A stretch of 64,000 bases of DNA from an uncultured bacterium (GTDB lineage: Bacteria > Patescibacteriota > Minisyncoccia > Phycocordibacterales > GCA-2401445): positions 58,478 to 122,477 of the forward strand of contig CALFYW010000055.1 in the NCBI GenBank assembly GCA_937952265.1. The letters are read 5' to 3'. Made by a program: the position numbers and the translations under genes. Below the pieces are notes generated by a model that saw nothing but the letters and a program-made list of their open reading frames with translations, ran no database searches and had not been told where the DNA came from. Every line of letters starts with the position of its first letter. Positions within the stretch are counted from its first letter, which is position 1. This document shows positions 59,429 to 64,000 of this stretch, in pieces.

Positions 59429-59431
59429 TCG

Positions 59432-59505
59432 TGTGACCCTACGGGGAATCGAACCCCGATTACCGGCTTGAGAAGCCGATGTCCTAACCGTTAGACGATA
59501 GGGCC
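59432..59505 (-). tRNA. tRNA-Glu (anticodon CUC)
   Basis: Reverse complement GGCCCTA-TC-GTCT-AACGGTTA-GGAC-A-TCGGC-TTCTCAA-GCCGG-TAAT-CGGGG-TTCGATT-CCCCG-TAGGGTC-A gives a cloverleaf with anticodon CTC. CCA is not encoded. Confidence 0.8.
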
Positions 59506-59579
59506 TTTGCTATATATGAATCTTTTTTACTCGCAATATTGGCAAGTATATGGTAGGAAAGAGCAAAGGGCAATAGGAA

Positions 59580-60104
59580 ATGAAAAAGCATATTGTATCC
59601 AAAAAATTTTTCTTAAGCGACGATACTGTGGTTGTCGCTCACTCCCTTATTGGGAAGTTTTTGGTTTCTGAGTTGGGACAAGAAAGGGAAGCTTATATGA
59701 TTACTGAGGTTGAAGCGTATGATGGGTTCCACGACCGAGCATCCCATGCGTATCGAGGAAAGACTCCACGCAATAGCATTATGTTTGGTGCGGCGGGATA
59801 CTGGTATGTATATCTAGTGTATGGAATGCATCATATGCTCAATGTTGTTACGGGAAGTGTTGGGTACCCGGGAGCAGTTTTGATTCGAGGTCTTGCGGAA
59901 ATGAATGGGCCAGCGCGACTCACCAAAAAGCTTAGTATTACCCGTGCAATGAATGGTACCCGTGTGGGAAAATCGAGTGGGCTGTGGATTGAAGATCGTG
60001 GAATCCAGATTCCAAATGCACGCATCCAAGCGCTTCCGCGTATTGGAGTGGCGTATGCGGGAGCGCTATGGGCAGGGAAGCGCTATCGGTTTCGGCTTCG
60101 GTAA
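59580..60104 (+). CDS. mpg: DNA-3-methyladenine glycosylase (Mpg/AAG family)
   Basis: HAYRGKTPRNSIMFGAAGYWYVYLVYGMHHMLNVV is highly characteristic of the MPG family. Confidence 0.85.
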   Translation: MKKHIVSKKFFLSDDTVVVAHSLIGKFLVSELGQEREAYMITEVEAYDGFHDRASHAYRGKTPRNSIMFGAAGYWYVYLVYGMHHMLNVVTGSVGYPGAVLIRGLAEMNGPARLTKKLSITRAMNGTRVGKSSGLWIEDRGIQIPNARIQALPRIGVAYAGALWAGKRYRFRLR

Positions 60105-60436
60105 ATTATGGTGGGGAACGAAAAAAGCTCCTGCATGAGAGACGTATATGCAGAAGCTCTTTGTTTATGATTTTTACCTGTTGTGTCAGTGTGCTTTCCG
60201 ACACACATGGCGACGGAAGAAACGAGTCTTCGTATGTCGCTCCATCTCGGGCACTCCATCAAGGGGTGGAGTCGGATTCGATTCAGGGCTGAAGGTACCA
60301 CCCCCGATGAGCGGGTGGTGTTTCGGTGGTCGGTAGTAGGATTTATGGTCTCTCATAATACTAGCTCCAAGGAAGAATATTACGCTTGTTATCCCTACTT
60401 GTCAAGCAGGGGACTTTTGAGCAAGTTGTGGATAAC

Positions 60437-60889
60437 TTATCCGAGCTCTGCTTCAACAACTTTTCTTACCAATGTGCCGTCGGCCTTATTGGCAACCTCT
60501 TTCATCACTGCGCCTATGAGCATTCCCATTTTGGTTTTGTCCGTAATGCCTAAGCTTTCTTTTTTTTCTTTTACGATAGCGGTAATTTCAGCTTCGCTCA
60601 TCTGGGGAGGTAAGTAGGTGAGAAGGAGCGCTTGCTCTCGTGCTTCTTTTTCCGCGAGTTCTTTTCGATTTCCGCGGTTAAATTGGTCAATTGCATCCTG
60701 GCGTTGCTTAACCGCACGCCGAATTACCTCAAGGGCTTCATCGTCATTTAATTGTCCATCGGGCTTTTTCCCTTTCTCAACGAGGGCGTTGGTAAAGGCA
60801 GAAAGCATTCCTCGAAGTACTGAAAGTTTTTCGGTATCACGACTTCTGAGTGCATCCTGGATTTCTTTCTTTATTTGTTCATGAATCAT
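60437..60889 (-). CDS. GatB/YqeY domain protein
   Basis: MIHEQIKKEIQDALRSRD...LSVLRGMLSAF...TYLPPQMSEAEI. ATG at 60889; the ORF-track N-terminal extension was rejected. Confidence 0.8.
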   Translation of the reverse strand: MIHEQIKKEIQDALRSRDTEKLSVLRGMLSAFTNALVEKGKKPDGQLNDDEALEVIRRAVKQRQDAIDQFNRGNRKELAEKEAREQALLLTYLPPQMSEAEITAIVKEKKESLGITDKTKMGMLIGAVMKEVANKADGTLVRKVVEAELG

Positions 60890-60963
60890 ACCTGATAAGA
60901 TAGCATAAAAAGATGATGGGCTCCAGCTTGATTGAAATTTCGCTTCGAGTATATAATAGTGGT

Positions 60964-61671
60964 ATGGAAAAAGAACCTTCAGTTTTTTTCTCGAGTCTTT
61001 TTGAACAGAGAAAGACCGTGGATACATTATTGGAAGAAAGTAGGACTGATGAAGATTTTTATATCTTCCTTTCTTTTGCATCATTTATTACAACGTTAGG
61101 TCTTTTGCTTGATAATGCGGTCATTGTGATCGCCGCAATGCTCATCGCGCCGCTACTGTTTCCTATTCTTGCGCTTGGTATGGGTATTGTTACCTCAAGT
61201 CGTTTCGCAATACAGCGTTCATTCACGGTGCTCTTGAAGTCGATTGCGGTTATTCTTGGAATTTCTGCCATTACCGCATTTCTCGTCTCTGGAAGCTATG
61301 ACACCTACGGCGGGAATCAGATTGTGATTGCGAGTACTCCAGATATTATCTTTTTCCTCGCTGCTTTTTTGGCGGGATGTATTGCCGCTTATACGTGGGT
61401 TCGACAGAATGTTTCCGCAAGTCTCCCAAGTGTCGCAATGACGGTCTCGCTCGTAACCCCTTTAGCTACGGTTGGGATTGCGGTTTCCATACTTTCTCGC
61501 GAGATGTTTACTGGCGCGCTTATGCTTTTCTTGCTCAATCTTCTTGCCATCGTCGTATCAAGCACTATCATTTTTTCACTTTTTGGATTTTCTCGATTGC
61601 AAAAGTGGCAGGATAAAAAAATAGAAGAGGAAAAGAAGGAAGAAGAAAATATACCACAAGAATCAGTATAG
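60964..61671 (+). CDS. DUF389-like multi-pass membrane protein
   Basis: Four or more TM helices. LLDNAVIVIAAMLIAPLL resembles the DUF389 hydrophobic core; assignment unverified. Confidence 0.4.
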   Translation: MEKEPSVFFSSLFEQRKTVDTLLEESRTDEDFYIFLSFASFITTLGLLLDNAVIVIAAMLIAPLLFPILALGMGIVTSSRFAIQRSFTVLLKSIAVILGISAITAFLVSGSYDTYGGNQIVIASTPDIIFFLAAFLAGCIAAYTWVRQNVSASLPSVAMTVSLVTPLATVGIAVSILSREMFTGALMLFLLNLLAIVVSSTIIFSLFGFSRLQKWQDKKIEEEKKEEENIPQESV

Positions 61672-61740
61672 TCTTTCGCGGGGTTTAGTAACCAGGTTTC
61701 AGGCCTCAGTGGGAGTAGTGAGATATTCGTTTTTTATGCA

Positions 61741-64000
61741 TGAGTCGCGAATCTTTATTTGAAAAAAAATGGTATCAGGAGACCTTGGGTCACGTCGAAG
61801 CCGCGTTTAATACGTCGGGGAATCATGGTCTCTCAACTCAAGAGGCAGAAAAGCGTCTACAAAAAAAAGGGTTAAATGTACTTCGAGAAAAACATGAGTT
61901 TTCGTGGTGGGTAAAAATATATCGGGAATTAAAGAATCCGCTGGTTATTATTCTTTTGGTCGCGAGCCTGCTCACGTTGTTTTTAGGTGAATACCTTGAC
62001 GCCGCACTCATTTTTATTGCCGTTGGGGTTAATGTGGTGATCAGTCTTTTTCAAGGAGAACGCGCGTCACACGCGTTTGCTCGGCTCAATGCTTCACAGG
62101 AGAAGTATGCAATGGTCATACGCGACGGGAAGCGTTTGCGCATCCATGCCGAATATATCACTGAGGGTGATTTGGTAGTGGTAGAGGCGGGGCAGTATAT
62201 TCCAGCAGACCTTCGGTTAGTAACTGAAAAAAATTTAACCGTAAATGAAGCAGCGCTTACTGGGGAGTGGGTGGAAGTATCGAAAGATACCCAAGTACGC
62301 GCTGGTAATGTGCCGCTTGCGGAACAGTCTAATATGGTCTGGCGAGGAACTTTTGCGGTGAGTGGTTATGCAACCGGTATCACGACCGCAACCGGTATTA
62401 AGACCGAAATAGGAAAAATCGCAGAAAGCTTAGGAAATGTGCGGGAGCGGCTTACCCCAATCCAGCTTAATATTCGGAATGTTGCACGTTTTTTGGTGTG
62501 GGTCATGGTGGTATCTGTTCTCCTCGTGCTTGTATTTGGGGTTATTCGTGATCAGAGTCTAATTAATCTTATACGGCTTGGGGTGGCAATTGCAGTCGCG
62601 GTAGTGCCTGAAGGGCTCCCTGCGGCGGTTACGGTGGTGTTGGCGCTCGGTATGGAGAAGATTCTTCAACGTGGCGGCTTAGTAAAAAGTCTACTCGCCG
62701 CGGAAACGTTAGGGAGTACCACGATTATCTTAACGGATAAAACCGGCACCTTAACGCAGGGAAACATGAAGGTCTCCGGAATCTTTGATGGAGCTTCTTT
62801 GCAGAAAAAAGACCATCACCCAGATGAGAATCTTGCATTGCTTGAAACGGCGATCCTTGCTTCTGACGCGTTTGTTGAAGCGGGGACCATAAAGAATGGA
62901 GAGGAACTCGACGGAGTGGTGGTGCATGGTAGGCCGATTGAACGTGCGATCATTCGTGAAGGGCTTTCAAAAGGAATTACGCAAGATATGCTTCGTGAGA
63001 ATAAACCGCAAGTCGATTTTCTCGCGTTTGAATCTCGGCGCCCCTTTGCGGCTTCGCTTACCAAGCGTGGTAAGGGAATGTATCTTGCGATTTCAGGTTC
63101 TCCAGAATTCTTATTATCACATGCGGGGCATTACCAGGCGCATCATCGGCGTGTGAAAATTACTGAAAGAGCTCGAAAATCATTTGAAGAGTTCCAGAAG
63201 AAAGAGAGTCGTACGGGAAGGCGCTTGATCGGAATCGCGTATAAGCGGGTCTCATGGAAGGAGATCCCTGAAGCACATACTAAAGAGAAGGTTGAAGAAT
63301 TGCTTGAAGGGATTGTATTCATGGGATTTATTGCGTTTAGTGATACGATCCGGAAGGATGTGCCGGATTCGATCCGGCTCGCGAGAAGTGCGGGAGCTCG
63401 AGTATTAATGCTTACCGGAGATAATCCCGAAACAGCACGTACCATTGCAGAAGAGGTGGGTATTGTGCGTTCTGGAGAAGCTCCTCATGTCCTCACGGGC
63501 GCTGATCTCGAAAAGCTCTCCGATAAAGAGCTTTTCCAATCTCTTAAGACGACGAATGTTTTTGCCCGAGTACTTCCTGCTCAGAAATTGCGTATTTCGC
63601 ATGTATTAAAAAATCACGGAGAAGTGGTTGCGATGACGGGTGATGGGATCAATGACGCACCAGCATTACGCAGCGCGGATATTGGGATTGCGGTGGGAAG
63701 CGGGACCGATGTCGCGAAAGAGTCGGCAGATCTCGTGCTTTTGCACGACAGTTTTTCTGTCATTGTGTATGCGATCGAAGAAGGAAGGAGAATCATTGAT
63801 AACCTAAAGAAAATTCTTGCATTTCTGCTCTCTACGAGCTTTGGGGAGATTTACGTTGTGATCGGCGCTTTTTTGATTGGCGGACCACTGCCAATACTTC
63901 CTACCCAGATTTTATGGATCAATATTGTTGGAGGGGGATTAATTAGTTTTGGCTTTGCGTTTGAAGAGAAAGAACCCGACATTATGAAGCGAAGTCCTCG
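61741..64000 (+). CDS. P-type cation-transporting ATPase (P2-type, Ca2+/cation; partial, C-terminus beyond the window)
   Basis: Translation from ATG 61741 gives MSRESLFEKKWYQETLGHVEAAF...GLSTQEAEKRLQKKGLNV (cation-ATPase N-terminal domain). DKTGTLTQ at about 62737 and TGDGINDAPALRSADIGIAVG at about 63640. Not in the ORF track because no stop occurs before the window end. Confidence 0.85.

Noticed and set aside
58919-59431. RNase P RNA or tmRNA assignment for the ORF-poor segment
   Set aside because: Conserved blocks (GGAAAGUCCGGGCUCC, ACAGAANCCGGCUUA, the tmRNA tRNA-like 3' end or a tag ORF) were not found on either strand. It is kept only as an unassigned candidate ncRNA region.
62816-63602. 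Several 60-100-aa minus-strand ORFs
   Set aside because: Antisense to the P-type ATPase gene, which has unambiguous DKTGT and TGDGINDAP motifs on the plus strand.
1-64000. CRISPR arrays, rRNA genes, IS transposases
   Set aside because: No short regularly spaced repeats, rRNA-like conserved blocks or DDE/HUH transposase motifs were seen on either strand. The only recombinase is the large serine recombinase at 32575.

Overview
The 64-kb window splits into two contrasting halves that meet at about 34.3 kb, where a tRNA-Asn(GUU) on the minus strand sits beside a large serine recombinase gene.

(1) Positions 1 to about 34,300 are GC-rich (roughly 55-60% by eye, with lower-GC cassettes inside) and look like the right-hand part of an integrated mobile element or genomic island that continues beyond the left edge of the window. 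This part encodes:
- a leaderless subtilisin-like S8 peptidase and two lipoproteins, divergent from a papain-like (C1) peptidase fused to an alpha/beta-hydrolase (GHSAGS) domain;
- an XRE-HTH plus ImmA/IrrE (HEXXH) regulatory pair;
- a soluble TrwB/VirD4-like coupling-protein ATPase, divergent from a translationally coupled SWIM zinc finger, PD-(D/E)xK nuclease and RadC/JAB operon;
- a DUF932-like gene;
- a large secreted repeat protein;
- a full-length RHS/YD-repeat polymorphic toxin (2083 aa, signal peptide, DLLGL core end) with an overlapping HEAT-like immunity gene and two downstream orphan rhs C-terminal toxin/immunity cassettes;
- an SF2 (ResIII/DExH) helicase followed by small zinc-finger proteins;
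- an ATPase, HTH and RuvC-like operon divergent from the large serine recombinase.

(2) From about 34,300 to 64,000 the DNA is low-GC (about 40-45%) housekeeping sequence typical of a small-genome bacterium. Calls are: PEBP, DUF167, hpf, cyclophilin, fmt-def, priA, an unusual XRE-HTH::MurA fusion behind a 22-bp perfect palindrome, mreB, holB-like, frr, rseP, proS, a second mreB, mreC, mreD-like, PBP2, greA, a class-I lysyl-tRNA synthetase, mraZ (with GTGGG operator repeats), rsmH, ftsL-like, ftsI, murF, tRNA-Glu(CUC), mpg, gatB/yqeY, a DUF389-like gene, and a P-type cation ATPase running off the window end.

No rRNA, CRISPR array or IS transposase was found. All calls rest on reading motifs in the supplied translations and DNA by eye; no database searches were run.
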